Below are positions 20,816 to 30,277 of a stretch of DNA of 64,000 bases, piece by piece. A program made the position numbers and the translations under genes. Under the pieces are notes generated by a model that ran no database searches, had not been told where the DNA came from, and worked only from the letters and a program-made list of their open reading frames with translations. How positions within the stretch are numbered: the first letter of the stretch is position 1; each line of letters starts with the position of its first letter. Source of the stretch: Elusimicrobiota bacterium (GTDB lineage: Bacteria > Elusimicrobiota > Elusimicrobia > F11); assembly GCA_044221725.1 (NCBI GenBank), contig JBGAON010000005.1, positions 96,001 through 160,000 of the forward strand, given 5' to 3'.

Positions 20816-22170
20816 GCATGCGATCGTACGGAACATCGGCCGCGCAGCACGTGTCGCTCTTTTCGCGTGGGTTTCACATTGATCTCGTGCTTCTGCTGAG
20901 CACCGTGTTCACGGTCGTGACCGGAATTCTCACGATTTATTCGACCGAAGCGGGCCAAGGCGTGGGCTATGTGTTGCGGCAGTCGACGGCGGCGCTCGTG
21001 GGGCTGGTGGGCCTCCTGATGCTCACCGTGTTGCCGTATCAGGTGTTCCGCGCGTACGTGCGACCTATTTACATTTTTATGATTTTCGTGCTCATCGGTG
21101 TGCTTGTGTTTGGATCAAATCTTCGCGGCACGCGGGGGTGGTTTCATTTGGGGCCGGTTTATATTCAATCGTCCGAAGTGACAAAGCTAACGTTTGTGCT
21201 CACGCTCGCGGGGCTTCTCGATCGGCGCATTCAGTGGTACACGCCGAAATCGCTTGTTGTTCCGCTGCTGCTGGCGATGCTGCCCATCATGCTGATCATT
21301 ATTCAACCGGATTTTTCATCGAGCCTTGTTTATTTTCCGATTACGCTCGTGATGTTTTTCGTGGCCGGTGCACGCGCGATTCATTTGATCTCCCTCTGCG
21401 TGGTGGGGGCACTCGCTGCTGGAATTCCGCTGTTGTCCACTTATTTGGCGTTGCTCGGTGATTCGCTACACAAACGGCCCGTTCTCTTTTTTATCGCGAA
21501 AGCAATTAAGGGCGGTTGGCCCAGTGTTTGGCTTTTCGTTGGCATTTGCGTCACGATGATAATCGTCTGGTGGTTTTTGAAAAAAATGCGCATGTACATT
21601 CCGTCGTTGTATTTGTGGGTGAGTTTGTCGCTGCTGGCAATGGGGGCGTTGGGAGCGATGGCCACCGATCGCGTGATCAAGGTGTATCAACGCAAGCGTC
21701 TCGTGGCGTTCGTGAACCCCGAGTTGGATCCGTTGGGCGGGGGCTACAATGTGCGACAATCGCAAATCGCCATTGGTTCCGGACGCATCCTCGGAAAAGG
21801 TTACGGCAACGGCACGCAGTCGCGGCTCGGTTTTTTGCCGAGCCGTCACACGGATTTTATTTTCTCGGTTATTGGCGAAGAGCTTGGTTTTTTTCGGTCT
21901 TTAATCGTTCTTTCATTTTATTTTCTCATCGTGTGGCGCGGGTACGAAATTTCGCTCGTCGCGCGCGACCGCTTCGGTGGCCTCGTTGCCGCGGGTTTCG
22001 CCACGATGTTTGGTTTTTACGCGTTGCTCAATCTCGGAATGACGATGGGCATGGCGCCCGTGGCCGGCGTTCCGCTTCCGCTCGTCTCGTACGGCGGCTC
22101 GTCGGTTGTAAGCTCGATGTTCGCCGTTGGAATTTTGCTGTCCATTCACTGGCGGAGGTACATGCTGTGA
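20812..22170 (+). CDS. rodA: SEDS peptidoglycan glycosyltransferase RodA
   Basis: IQPDF, QSQIAIGSG, HTDFIFS..GEELG, GVPLPLVSYGGSS. Confidence 0.96.
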   Translation: MSMRSYGTSAAQHVSLFSRGFHIDLVLLLSTVFTVVTGILTIYSTEAGQGVGYVLRQSTAALVGLVGLLMLTVLPYQVFRAYVRPIYIFMIFVLIGVLVFGSNLRGTRGWFHLGPVYIQSSEVTKLTFVLTLAGLLDRRIQWYTPKSLVVPLLLAMLPIMLIIIQPDFSSSLVYFPITLVMFFVAGARAIHLISLCVVGALAAGIPLLSTYLALLGDSLHKRPVLFFIAKAIKGGWPSVWLFVGICVTMIIVWWFLKKMRMYIPSLYLWVSLSLLAMGALGAMATDRVIKVYQRKRLVAFVNPELDPLGGGYNVRQSQIAIGSGRILGKGYGNGTQSRLGFLPSRHTDFIFSVIGEELGFFRSLIVLSFYFLIVWRGYEISLVARDRFGGLVAAGFATMFGFYALLNLGMTMGMAPVAGVPLPLVSYGGSSVVSSMFAVGILLSIHWRRYML

Positions 22171-22175
22171 ACAAG

Positions 22176-22261
22176 GCCGTCAGCCTGGCACGTCTTAAGC
22201 CGGGATCCATTTTTACTTTAAGCCAAAATGGCCCCTGGATAGAAACATCCCAGGGCGACGG
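22176..22261. repeat. CGTC-tagged palindromic repeat, family A copy 3
   Basis: GCCGTCAGCCTGGCACGTCTTAAGCCGGGATCCATTTTT...CCCTGGATAGAAACATCCCAGGGCGACGG. Confidence 0.85.
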
Positions 22262-22267
22262 TATGTT

Positions 22268-22957
22268 ATGAGTGTAATTACGCTGCAAAGAATGCGTTTG
22301 CGATTTCGGCGGTGGGGGGTGGGGGCCAATCTCACGCACCTTCAGCAGATTGATGCGATCCGCAAAGCGCTTGAGGGAGCCGCGTGGCCGCTCGCGAAAT
22401 CCGAAGGGAAAAAAGCGAAAGCAAAGGTGGCGTTTGGTCCGGCCGTTTCGGTCGGTTACGAATCGGAAGCCGAATATTGCGACGTGGAAATGGCGGCGCG
22501 TGTCATCATGCCGACCGCCGGCGAGGCACTTCAAAAGAAATTGCCGGAAGGTTACGCGCTTATGAACGCGAAATCGATTCCGCGCTTCTTCCCGTCGCTC
22601 GATCACACGTTGAACGCGGCGTCGTACGAAATTGTTTCACCGTTGCTTGCGGGAACGGAAGACAAATGGAACGCATTTTCGGCACAAGAACATTTTCTCG
22701 TAGTAAAGAAAAAAGAGAGCGGTGATGTGGTGATCGACGCGCGCCCCTGCGTACGGCAATGGCAACTCGAAGGCGATCGCTTGCTGCTTGATATTCGTTT
22801 CGGACCGGGCCGAACATTAAAACCGGAACGTATTATGCAGGCCGTGTTGGGTTTGGAGGACGCGCAGGTTCAAATGGGGGCCGCCAATCCGACACTGAAA
22901 GTAAAAAGACAAAAGCTTTATTTAGAAAAAGATAACGGGGATTTAATCGAACCCTGA
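22268..22957 (+). CDS. Radical SAM-associated protein (TIGR03936/DUF2344-like)
   Basis: THL...FGPAVSVGYESEAEY.D pattern; usual position between rodA and rng. Confidence 0.8.
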   Translation: MSVITLQRMRLRFRRWGVGANLTHLQQIDAIRKALEGAAWPLAKSEGKKAKAKVAFGPAVSVGYESEAEYCDVEMAARVIMPTAGEALQKKLPEGYALMNAKSIPRFFPSLDHTLNAASYEIVSPLLAGTEDKWNAFSAQEHFLVVKKKESGDVVIDARPCVRQWQLEGDRLLLDIRFGPGRTLKPERIMQAVLGLEDAQVQMGAANPTLKVKRQKLYLEKDNGDLIEP

Positions 22958-22970
22958 ATTTAAAAAACAT

Positions 22971-23080
22971 CGTCGCCCAAGTCGTCGTCCTGGCATGCTT
23001 TAAGCCAGGATCCATTTTTACCTGAGGTAAAGTGGGCCCTGGATAAAGACATTCCAGGGCGGCGAAATGCCGGGTGACGA
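22971..23080. repeat. CGTC-tagged palindromic repeat, family A copy 4
   Basis: GTCGTCCTGGCATGCTTTAAGCCAGGATCCATTTTTACCTGAGGTAAAGTGGGCCCTGGATAAAGACATTCCAGGG, nested inside outer CGTCGCCC...GGGTGACG. Confidence 0.85.
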
Positions 23081-23095
23081 ATAGAAAGGAAAAAC

Positions 23096-24529
23096 ATGAA
23101 ACCAGTAAAAAAACAAATTCTTGCGAACACGACGCCCGATGAAACGCGCGTTGCGATCATCGAGAACGATCAGTTAGCCGAATTCTTCATCGACCGCCAC
23201 ATTGGCGGCAACGACAAAGTGGTCGGAAACATCTATCAAGGAAAAGTGGAAAACGTGCTGCCCGGAATTTCGTCGGCTTTTATCGACGTCGGTCAGGAAA
23301 AGAACGCGTATCTCTACATTTCCGATGTGTTGTCCGATAACAACGAGCGCGATATCAGCAAGATTTTAAAGAAAGGCACGCCGATTCTCGTGCAAGTCGC
23401 AAAAGAAGCGATCGGAACGAAAGGCATGAAGGTCACCATGGATATTTCGTTGCCGGGCCGCTTTCTTATCTTGATGCCGCTCTCGCAGCACGTCGGCGTT
23501 TCTCGGCAAGTAGAAGAACACAGCGAACGGGAGCGGTTGCGGAAGATTGTTGAGTCGCTCAATCCCCCGGGCGGCGTGATCGTGCGCACCGAAGCCGAAG
23601 GCGCCGATGAACGGGCGTTGCGCCGCGAAATGAAATATTTGACGCGGCTGTGGGACACCATTAAGAAGCGGCAAGAAAAAGTGAACAAAGGTTTAATCCA
23701 CAAAGAGCTCGGCCTCACGTTCCAAGTGGTGCGTGACATCTTGTCCGAAGATGTCGAAGCGTTCCTGTTGGACAGCCGGCAGGAATACGAGGATGTGAAA
23801 GGTTTCGTCGAAATGCTCGCTCCGGAACTCGCGGACCGCATCAAGCTTTACGAAGGTCGCACGCCGATTTTCTCGTCGTTTAATATCGATCCGGAGCTGG
23901 CGAAGCTGCGCAACGCGCGCATCGATTTGCCGTCGGGTGGCTATCTGGTGCTGCAAGAAGCGGAATCGCTGTGCGCGATTGACGTGAACACCGGCAAATT
24001 CACCGGAAAAAATTCACAAGAAGAAACCGTGACGGCCACCAACATTGAAGCCGCCGTGGAAGTGGCCCGTCAGCTGCGCCTGCGCAACATCGGAGGCATT
24101 ATCGTCATCGACTTTATAGACATGAAGAAGCGGCGCAACCGCGACAAGGTGATGGAAGCGCTCGCGCGCGCCACGCGCAACGATCACGCGAAAATTAAGA
24201 TTTTGCCGATCACGCGATTGGGGCTCGTCGAAATGACGCGCGAACGCCGACGCGAATCGTTGCAATCGATGACGTGCGAACCGTGCGCCGAGTGTTCGGG
24301 CAGTGGCTGGGTATTCTCGCGCGACTCCATGTTCCTCAAGATTCGCAAAGAGATCATCGAGCTCACGCAGGGACGCCCGGACGGGCATTTGAAAATTTAT
24401 CTTCAAGCCGCGATTTCCACGTATTTCCGTGAGAACAAAGATCGTTTGGAAAAACAAATCGGACGTTCGGTCGAGATCTTCGATGATGAAACGCTGCCAT
24501 GGGAACATTACAGAATCCTCTTAGAATAA
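23096..24529 (+). CDS. rng: Ribonuclease E/G family (RNase G-like)
   Basis: GNIYQGKVENVLPG, IDVNTG, LRNIGGIIVIDFIDM, GLVEMTR, CxxCxG. Confidence 0.95.
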   Translation: MKPVKKQILANTTPDETRVAIIENDQLAEFFIDRHIGGNDKVVGNIYQGKVENVLPGISSAFIDVGQEKNAYLYISDVLSDNNERDISKILKKGTPILVQVAKEAIGTKGMKVTMDISLPGRFLILMPLSQHVGVSRQVEEHSERERLRKIVESLNPPGGVIVRTEAEGADERALRREMKYLTRLWDTIKKRQEKVNKGLIHKELGLTFQVVRDILSEDVEAFLLDSRQEYEDVKGFVEMLAPELADRIKLYEGRTPIFSSFNIDPELAKLRNARIDLPSGGYLVLQEAESLCAIDVNTGKFTGKNSQEETVTATNIEAAVEVARQLRLRNIGGIIVIDFIDMKKRRNRDKVMEALARATRNDHAKIKILPITRLGLVEMTRERRRESLQSMTCEPCAECSGSGWVFSRDSMFLKIRKEIIELTQGRPDGHLKIYLQAAISTYFRENKDRLEKQIGRSVEIFDDETLPWEHYRILLE

Positions 24530-25281
24530 CGGCGATTCTGGTCATCCTGCTGTTGGCGGGCGTGCGTCGTGTGCTGGCCGCGGGCGGCATCTATCTTGAT
24601 ACGCTCGCCGAAGCGAAAACCGAGCAGGTCATTAAGCTAAATCCGCTGGATTTGGGTGGCGAATCAAAGTGGCAAAACGATCCACTCTTAAAACAAAAGA
24701 AAGGCCATGTGATATGGCTTTGGACGGCGACGGGCCCCATGAAAGCCGTTTTTGATCGCATCGTGATCACGCAAGCCGAAGGCGATTTTCATTTTTTGTT
24801 CCGCGGTTCCATTAACGTGGTCGTTCGCGCATCCAAACCAATCCCGGCGGGCCGCGTGCTGGTATCGCTCAAAGCACTGCCGGAACAAACATGGAAAGTC
24901 CTTGAACCGCGCGACGAGGACAAAACGTTTGCGTACGCGGACCTCGTCAATTTGGAAGGCCAGTCTTACATCGTAAATTCGAGCAGCGTCTCCATTCGTG
25001 TGTTCGAAACAAAAAAAGGGACGGGATTTATGATCGTACGCTATCCACTGCCGCCCACCGAGGTTCCCGGAGAAAGTTTTCGTACGGTCGTTTACAAAAG
25101 GGACCCGGCACAGCCGTGGGTTCTCTACAAAAAATTTGATGATGCGATGGTGGAGCCGTGGTTCGATGTGGACGGCGACGGTGTTCCCGAGCTTGTTGGG
25201 GAAAGCGGCTACGATTCGTTTGGCATAAAGGCGTTCCACCCTTACACGAAAATTTTACAGCAAAGCACGGCCGGCACCTGA
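24499..25281 (+). CDS. Hypothetical exported protein with DxDGDG motif
   Basis: N-terminal hydrophobic stretch; C-terminal DVDGDGVPELV; start uncertain. Confidence 0.6.
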   Translation: MGTLQNPLRITAILVILLLAGVRRVLAAGGIYLDTLAEAKTEQVIKLNPLDLGGESKWQNDPLLKQKKGHVIWLWTATGPMKAVFDRIVITQAEGDFHFLFRGSINVVVRASKPIPAGRVLVSLKALPEQTWKVLEPRDEDKTFAYADLVNLEGQSYIVNSSSVSIRVFETKKGTGFMIVRYPLPPTEVPGESFRTVVYKRDPAQPWVLYKKFDDAMVEPWFDVDGDGVPELVGESGYDSFGIKAFHPYTKILQQSTAGT

Positions 25282-25376
25282 CGAAATACTGCGAGATAAC
25301 AAGGCGTTTTTTCGTCGATTTCCAATAATTTTTTTGCTGGACGAAACGGGATTCAAACAGCTACAATCCGCGCCTT

Positions 25377-25703
25377 ATGAATTCCTATGCTATTGTTCAA
25401 ACCGGCGGTAAACAATACCGCGTATCCGAAGGCGACACGCTGAAAGTTGAAAAATTAGAAGCGAAGGCCGGCGAAGAAGTAAAAATCGATAACGTGCTTT
25501 TCGCGCGCATCGAGCAAAAGTCCATCACGGGCAAACCAAAAATCAGTGGCGCGAGCGTGACAGCCGAAGTTGTTCGGCAATTGCGCGGCCCGAAAATTTT
25601 GGTCTATAAAGAAAGACAGAAAAAAGTTTATAAAAAGACGCAAGGTCACCGTCAGTGGCTGACCGAGCTCCGCATCAAATCAATATCCCTACCGAAGCTG
25701 TAA
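25377..25703 (+). CDS. rplU: 50S ribosomal protein L21
   Basis: YAIVQTGGKQYRV...QGHRQ. Confidence 0.97.
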   Translation: MNSYAIVQTGGKQYRVSEGDTLKVEKLEAKAGEEVKIDNVLFARIEQKSITGKPKISGASVTAEVVRQLRGPKILVYKERQKKVYKKTQGHRQWLTELRIKSISLPKL

Positions 25704-25757
25704 GCTTTAAGTTTTATAGGAATAATTTTATTGGCTTACAGCTTATAGCTTACGGCT
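25696..25757. repeat. Heptad-periodic inverted microrepeat (AGCT-type)
   Basis: AGCTGTA AGCTTTA AGTTTTA ... GGCTTAC AGCTTAT AGCTTAC GGCT. Confidence 0.6.
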
Positions 25758-25771
25758 CAAAGGAATAAAAA

Positions 25772-26080
25772 ATGGCACACACAAAATCACAAGGCTCGAC
25801 AACCAATGGACGCGACTCCGCCGGGCAACGGCTTGGAGTGAAACGCTACGGAAGTCAGCTCGTTAACGCGGGCGAAGTTTTGGTTCGCCAAAACGGAACC
25901 CATTTCCATCCTGGTTTTAACGTCGGTATCGGATCCAACGACACGTTGTTCGCAAAAATTGCGGGCACCGTGAAGTTTGAATGGATGAGCAAAACCCCCG
26001 GACGTTGGGGCGGACGGCAGAGAGTGTCCGTTTATCCGCAAGCGGCAGCAGCTGCTAGCAAAAAATCCTCCCAGAAATAA
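25772..26080 (+). CDS. rpmA: 50S ribosomal protein L27
   Basis: [24 protein letters not shown]. Confidence 0.97.
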   Translation: MAHTKSQGSTTNGRDSAGQRLGVKRYGSQLVNAGEVLVRQNGTHFHPGFNVGIGSNDTLFAKIAGTVKFEWMSKTPGRWGGRQRVSVYPQAAAAASKKSSQK

Positions 26081-26106
26081 GTCTTCTACCCCATCTGAAT
26101 TGAAAA

Positions 26107-26182
26107 GGTACTACGTACGTCGTACTTAGTACTTCGATTAGTTGTTTTAACGAGGTACGAAGTACGTTGTACGAGGTACGTT
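26107..26182. repeat. Heptad-periodic inverted microrepeat (GTACnnn)
   Basis: GTACTAC GTACGTC GTACTTA GTACTTC ... GTACGAA GTACGTT GTACGAG GTACGTT. Confidence 0.75.
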
Positions 26183-26186
26183 TTTT

Positions 26187-27485
26187 ATGTTTATCGACAA
26201 AGCCCACATAACAGTTCGAGCCGGCAACGGCGGTGACGGCAGCGCCGCGTTTCGGCGCGAAAAATTCGTTCCGAAGGGCGGTCCCAACGGCGGCGACGGT
26301 GGCAAAGGCGGCGACGTTTATTTGCTGGCGGCCTTGCGGCTTCGCACGTTGCTCGACTTTGTCCGAAAACCCAATTACGAAGCAAAGAGCGGCGAGCCCG
26401 GAAGCGGTTACCACAAATTTGGATTGAGCGGGAATGATCTCGTTCTCGAAGTTCCGTGCGGAACCTCCGTCTATCAAGGGCCCACCTTAATCGCCGACAT
26501 GCTGAACCCAGGAGACAAATTGCTCATTGCGCGCGGTGGCCGTGGTGGCCGCGGCAATGTTCATTTTAAAAACAGTGTTCGCCAAGCGCCGCGCATTGCC
26601 GAGAAAGGCGAGCCGGGCCAAAAAGTTGAACTCAATTTAAAACTGAAGGTTATTGCGGACGTCGGACTCATCGGAATGCCAAACGCTGGGAAATCCACGC
26701 TACTTTCGCGGCTCACGCGTGCCACACCAAAAATTGCGGCCTATCCGTTCACCACGCTCTATCCAAACCTCGGCGTCGCTATCTATCATCACCGCGAAAT
26801 TGTGTTCGCCGACATTCCTGGGCTGATTGAAGGCTCGCACACCGGCAAAGGTCTCGGGCACGAATTTCTGCAGCACATTGAGCGCACGCGCGTGCTTGTG
26901 CATGTGGTCGATCCGCTTGGTTTCGCCGACAAAGATCCGAAAACTGCCATCAAAGTCATTAACAACGAGCTAAAAACCTATTCGCGCACCCTCGGGAAAA
27001 AGAAACAAATTCTCGTTATTAACAAGCAAGATCTGGCCGAAGGGGAAAAAGTTTTTAAAGCGATCAAGAAGGCGTTCAAAGCACAGACGGTGCTTGCCGT
27101 GTCGGGTGTCACGGGCGCGGGGATCCCGGAATTGCTGGCCGCTGTTGCAAAGTTGCTTGATGCCACGCCGCACGAGAAGCAAGTGGCGATAGCGCCCGCC
27201 ATTCACGTGAAGCTCGAACCGGATTTTTGGGTCGAGAAAGACAGCGACGGGCTTTATAGCGTAAAGGGGAAGAAAGTCGAGCGGCTTGTCGCGATGACAA
27301 ATTTCAAATTGCCGGAAGCCGTTCAACGCACGCAAAATATTTTGAAAAAGATCGGCGTCGAACGCGAGTTGTTGGCATCGGGCGCAAACTCCGGCGACGG
27401 TGTCCGTATTCTCAATTTCGAATTTGAATTCCAACCGGAAGTCGGTTATCAAACACCGGCTCCCCGAATGCCTCCGAGAAAGTAA
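26187..27485 (+). CDS. obgE: GTPase ObgE with C-terminal OCT domain
   Basis: GGPNGGDGGKGG, GMPNAGKST, YPFTT, DIPG, NKQD. Confidence 0.98.
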   Translation: MFIDKAHITVRAGNGGDGSAAFRREKFVPKGGPNGGDGGKGGDVYLLAALRLRTLLDFVRKPNYEAKSGEPGSGYHKFGLSGNDLVLEVPCGTSVYQGPTLIADMLNPGDKLLIARGGRGGRGNVHFKNSVRQAPRIAEKGEPGQKVELNLKLKVIADVGLIGMPNAGKSTLLSRLTRATPKIAAYPFTTLYPNLGVAIYHHREIVFADIPGLIEGSHTGKGLGHEFLQHIERTRVLVHVVDPLGFADKDPKTAIKVINNELKTYSRTLGKKKQILVINKQDLAEGEKVFKAIKKAFKAQTVLAVSGVTGAGIPELLAAVAKLLDATPHEKQVAIAPAIHVKLEPDFWVEKDSDGLYSVKGKKVERLVAMTNFKLPEAVQRTQNILKKIGVERELLASGANSGDGVRILNFEFEFQPEVGYQTPAPRMPPRK

Positions 27486-27494
27486 AATCCGCGC

Positions 27495-28268
27495 ATGCTT
27501 CTGGTTATCAAAACCGGGTCTGCGACTCTTTCCAAGAAAAATGGCGGCTTGAACGCCGCGTCCGTTCGGCGTATCGCGCGACAGCTCGCGTACGCCCACA
27601 AGAAAGGACACAAAGTGATTGTGGTAAGTTCGGGTGCGATCGCCGCCGGCGTTGGCCGCCTCCATTTAAAAGAACGTCCGAAAGCGCTTCAAGAAAAACA
27701 AGCAACCGCCGCGGTTGGCCAGGTGGCGCTCATGCACGAGTACGAGAAAGCTCTTTCGTCCTACCGTATTATTCCGGCGCAGCTGTTGCTCACACGAGAA
27801 GATCTTATGGACCGAAAGCGTTACATGAATGTCCGCCAGACACTTTTGCACTTGCTCGCTCACCGCACGATTCCAATTATCAACGAAAACGATTCCGTGT
27901 CCACGGACGAAATACAGTTCGGTGATAACGATGCGCTGTCATCCATTGTTGCGACGAAAGTGAACGCCGATAAGCTCATTTTGCTCTCCGACATTAATGG
28001 CCTTTACGAACAAGACCGAAACGGCGAACTCACGTCGCGCGTGATCCCGATTGTGAAAAAAGTGACCAGCGCCATGCAAAAAAAAGCGAACGCGCATCGT
28101 GGTTCAAAGCTATCGGTGGGCGGCATTGTGAGTAAACTGGCGGCCGCCAAGCGGGCGACCGCCGCCGGCATCGAAACGTGGATTGCGTCAGGAACCGCGT
28201 CCGATTCCATTCCGCGCATCTTGAGAAACGAATCCGGCGCCGGCACGCGATTTCTTCCCAGACGATAG
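27495..28268 (+). CDS. proB: Glutamate 5-kinase (no PUA domain)
   Basis: VIKTGS, VSSGAIAAG, AAVGQ, PIINEND, FGDNDAL. Confidence 0.94.
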   Translation: MLLVIKTGSATLSKKNGGLNAASVRRIARQLAYAHKKGHKVIVVSSGAIAAGVGRLHLKERPKALQEKQATAAVGQVALMHEYEKALSSYRIIPAQLLLTREDLMDRKRYMNVRQTLLHLLAHRTIPIINENDSVSTDEIQFGDNDALSSIVATKVNADKLILLSDINGLYEQDRNGELTSRVIPIVKKVTSAMQKKANAHRGSKLSVGGIVSKLAAAKRATAAGIETWIASGTASDSIPRILRNESGAGTRFLPRR

Positions 28269-28293
28269 CGAAGAAGAGAGGGACCACATTTTT

Positions 28294-30276
28294 GTGAGTT
28301 TCTTACCGCTGGTTCCGCTCTTGGCTGTGTTCGGTTTTTATCTGATCGGGGTCTCTCCAGCGATCGATGGCGGAGACTCCGGCGAATTTATTGCGTCGTC
28401 GTTCACTCTCGGGATTCCACACGCGCCAGGGTATCCACTCTTTCAATTGATCGGTAAAGTTGTCTATTCGATCCTACCGTTCTCGAGCATTGCCTACCGC
28501 GCGCACGTCTTGTCGGCTCTTATCGTTGTTGCGACACTTGTTTTGTTTTTCAAACTCCTCGAAAAGGTTCTTGGAAGCGGCAATCGTTGGTTCATTTTCC
28601 TCGCAACACTTTTTCTCGCGACACGTCCACTCATCACCCAGCAAGCCCGCGTCTGCGAAGTGTTCGGTTTAAATGCGCTTTTCGCGTGCGCGGTTTTGCT
28701 TTGTGTGGCGCGCGGCGACATTTTGCTCGCCTGGTTTTTGTTTGGGCTAGGGCTCGGAAATCATCATACCCTACTCGTGCTTTTTCCGGTTTTACTGATC
28801 CCCACCCTTCTCTCCCCAATGACGAGGCATGGGGAGGGATCTCCGAATTCCCAGGAACCTGCACCGACACTTATTCGGAGGTTTGGTGGGGGGCTTTCTT
28901 TTTTCGTGCTGGGGTTAACGGTCTATTTGTACTTGCCCATTCGGGCCCACGCGTCGCCGCCGGTGAATTTTGGAAATCCGGAAACGTGGCAAAGTTTTTT
29001 GGCCGTCGTGACACGCAAAGAATTTGGTTCGCTGTCGTTGCACCCCGCCGCGCTGCCGTTTCGAGATCTGTCTCTTACGCTCGCGCAAACAAAAGTGTTT
29101 GCTTTGCGCGTTTACGAACAACTGCATCTCGGTGGATTGATTCTTGTGACAATCGGATTTTTTGTGGGAATCCGTCGCCCCGGTACGCGGTTGTGGACAC
29201 TGCTTGCTCTGTGTTGGTTCCTTGGGCTCGGTTTGGGTTTTGAAATTTTTTCGAACCTTTCACCGACGAGCGACATCGGTCAATGGCGGCTCGAGCGATT
29301 TCTTGTTCTGCCACTCCTCGCGGCGTCGGCGTTGGTGGCGTTTGCGTTCACAACGGCACCCACCGGGGGGGCCGCCTACAGAAACATCGTTTTTCTCGGA
29401 TGTTGGTTGGCGGCCGTCGCCACGCCATCGCCGATAAACAATTTTCGGCGTAACCTCGTGTTTCGCGATTTCGCTGTATCCGTTTTGCGTTCCGCGCCGA
29501 AAGACTCTCGCATCGTGATCGATCGTGTGTTGTTTGATGAACCAACATCCGCGCTTCTTGTTACGACCGTCGTGGAAAAAAAGCGACCGGATGTTCATTT
29601 TTATTATCGACCGGGCACGTTGTTTGAGCCGGTGTACGGTAAAGATGTGCTTCGGTTGACGTGGGGTCAGCGCTTTGAACGACAACGCGCGGTGGAACAA
29701 AGAGAGTTGACGAATGGGGACAAGCCGGTGCGGTATCTCGGATTTGAAAAGGCGAACGCCCCTTTTGAAAATCCAAAAATGGACGGATTGTTGTACGCGC
29801 CGCACGAGAATCCCGGACTCGGAATATTTTTACTCCAGCGGGAAGGAGCAACGGACTATCCGTCCCGTTTGATCGCGGCGCACACGCCGTACTTTTTCGG
29901 GAAAGCGGCGCTTGAGCGAAACAACGTCGTGTCTGCCAATCAATGGTTCAATGCTGCGCTTGCGCGTGGTGGTCGCATGGCATGGTTGGCTTCGAACCTC
30001 GGCGGCATCTATGTTCAGAACAATTTGTTTGACGACGCCGCGCGGCTGTTTGATCGCGCGGTCTCGTGGGATCCCTATTTCGCGAACGCACAATACGGAA
30101 AAGGGTTCATGGCCTATCAGCGAAACGATGTCCCGACGATGCGCGTCGCCTGGAGAAAATATTTGGCTCTTGAGCCCCATGGTAAGATGGCCGACGGAGT
30201 GCGACAACAATTGGACCGTGACAACCGGTCGCGTACGGATCCATTAAATTTAAATCGTCGAAACGGGAGGAAATGA
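28294..30276 (+). CDS. DUF2723 / TMEM260-like GT-C membrane glycosyltransferase with C-terminal TPR
   Basis: GDSGEF...LGIPHAPGYPLF, EVFGLN, GLGLGNHHT, YLYLPIRA, GNPETW; TPR-like tail. Confidence 0.85.
   Translation: MSFLPLVPLLAVFGFYLIGVSPAIDGGDSGEFIASSFTLGIPHAPGYPLFQLIGKVVYSILPFSSIAYRAHVLSALIVVATLVLFFKLLEKVLGSGNRWFIFLATLFLATRPLITQQARVCEVFGLNALFACAVLLCVARGDILLAWFLFGLGLGNHHTLLVLFPVLLIPTLLSPMTRHGEGSPNSQEPAPTLIRRFGGGLSFFVLGLTVYLYLPIRAHASPPVNFGNPETWQSFLAVVTRKEFGSLSLHPAALPFRDLSLTLAQTKVFALRVYEQLHLGGLILVTIGFFVGIRRPGTRLWTLLALCWFLGLGLGFEIFSNLSPTSDIGQWRLERFLVLPLLAASALVAFAFTTAPTGGAAYRNIVFLGCWLAAVATPSPINNFRRNLVFRDFAVSVLRSAPKDSRIVIDRVLFDEPTSALLVTTVVEKKRPDVHFYYRPGTLFEPVYGKDVLRLTWGQRFERQRAVEQRELTNGDKPVRYLGFEKANAPFENPKMDGLLYAPHENPGLGIFLLQREGATDYPSRLIAAHTPYFFGKAALERNNVVSANQWFNAALARGGRMAWLASNLGGIYVQNNLFDDAARLFDRAVSWDPYFANAQYGKGFMAYQRNDVPTMRVAWRKYLALEPHGKMADGVRQQLDRDNRSRTDPLNLNRRNGRK
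28800..28850 (-). repeat. Family B repeat inserted in-frame in the DUF2723 gene
   Basis: CCCCACCCTTCTCTCCCCAATGACGAGGCATGGGGAGGGATCTCCGAATT closely matches the reverse complement of 41038-41086. Confidence 0.8.
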
Positions 30277-30277
30277 A

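Noticed and set aside
21516..22271. Long alternative-frame or antisense ORFs over core genes (e.g. 21516-22271, 4198-5175, 14712-15614, 48721-49638)
   Set aside because: They overlap well-supported conserved genes and show no recognisable motifs.
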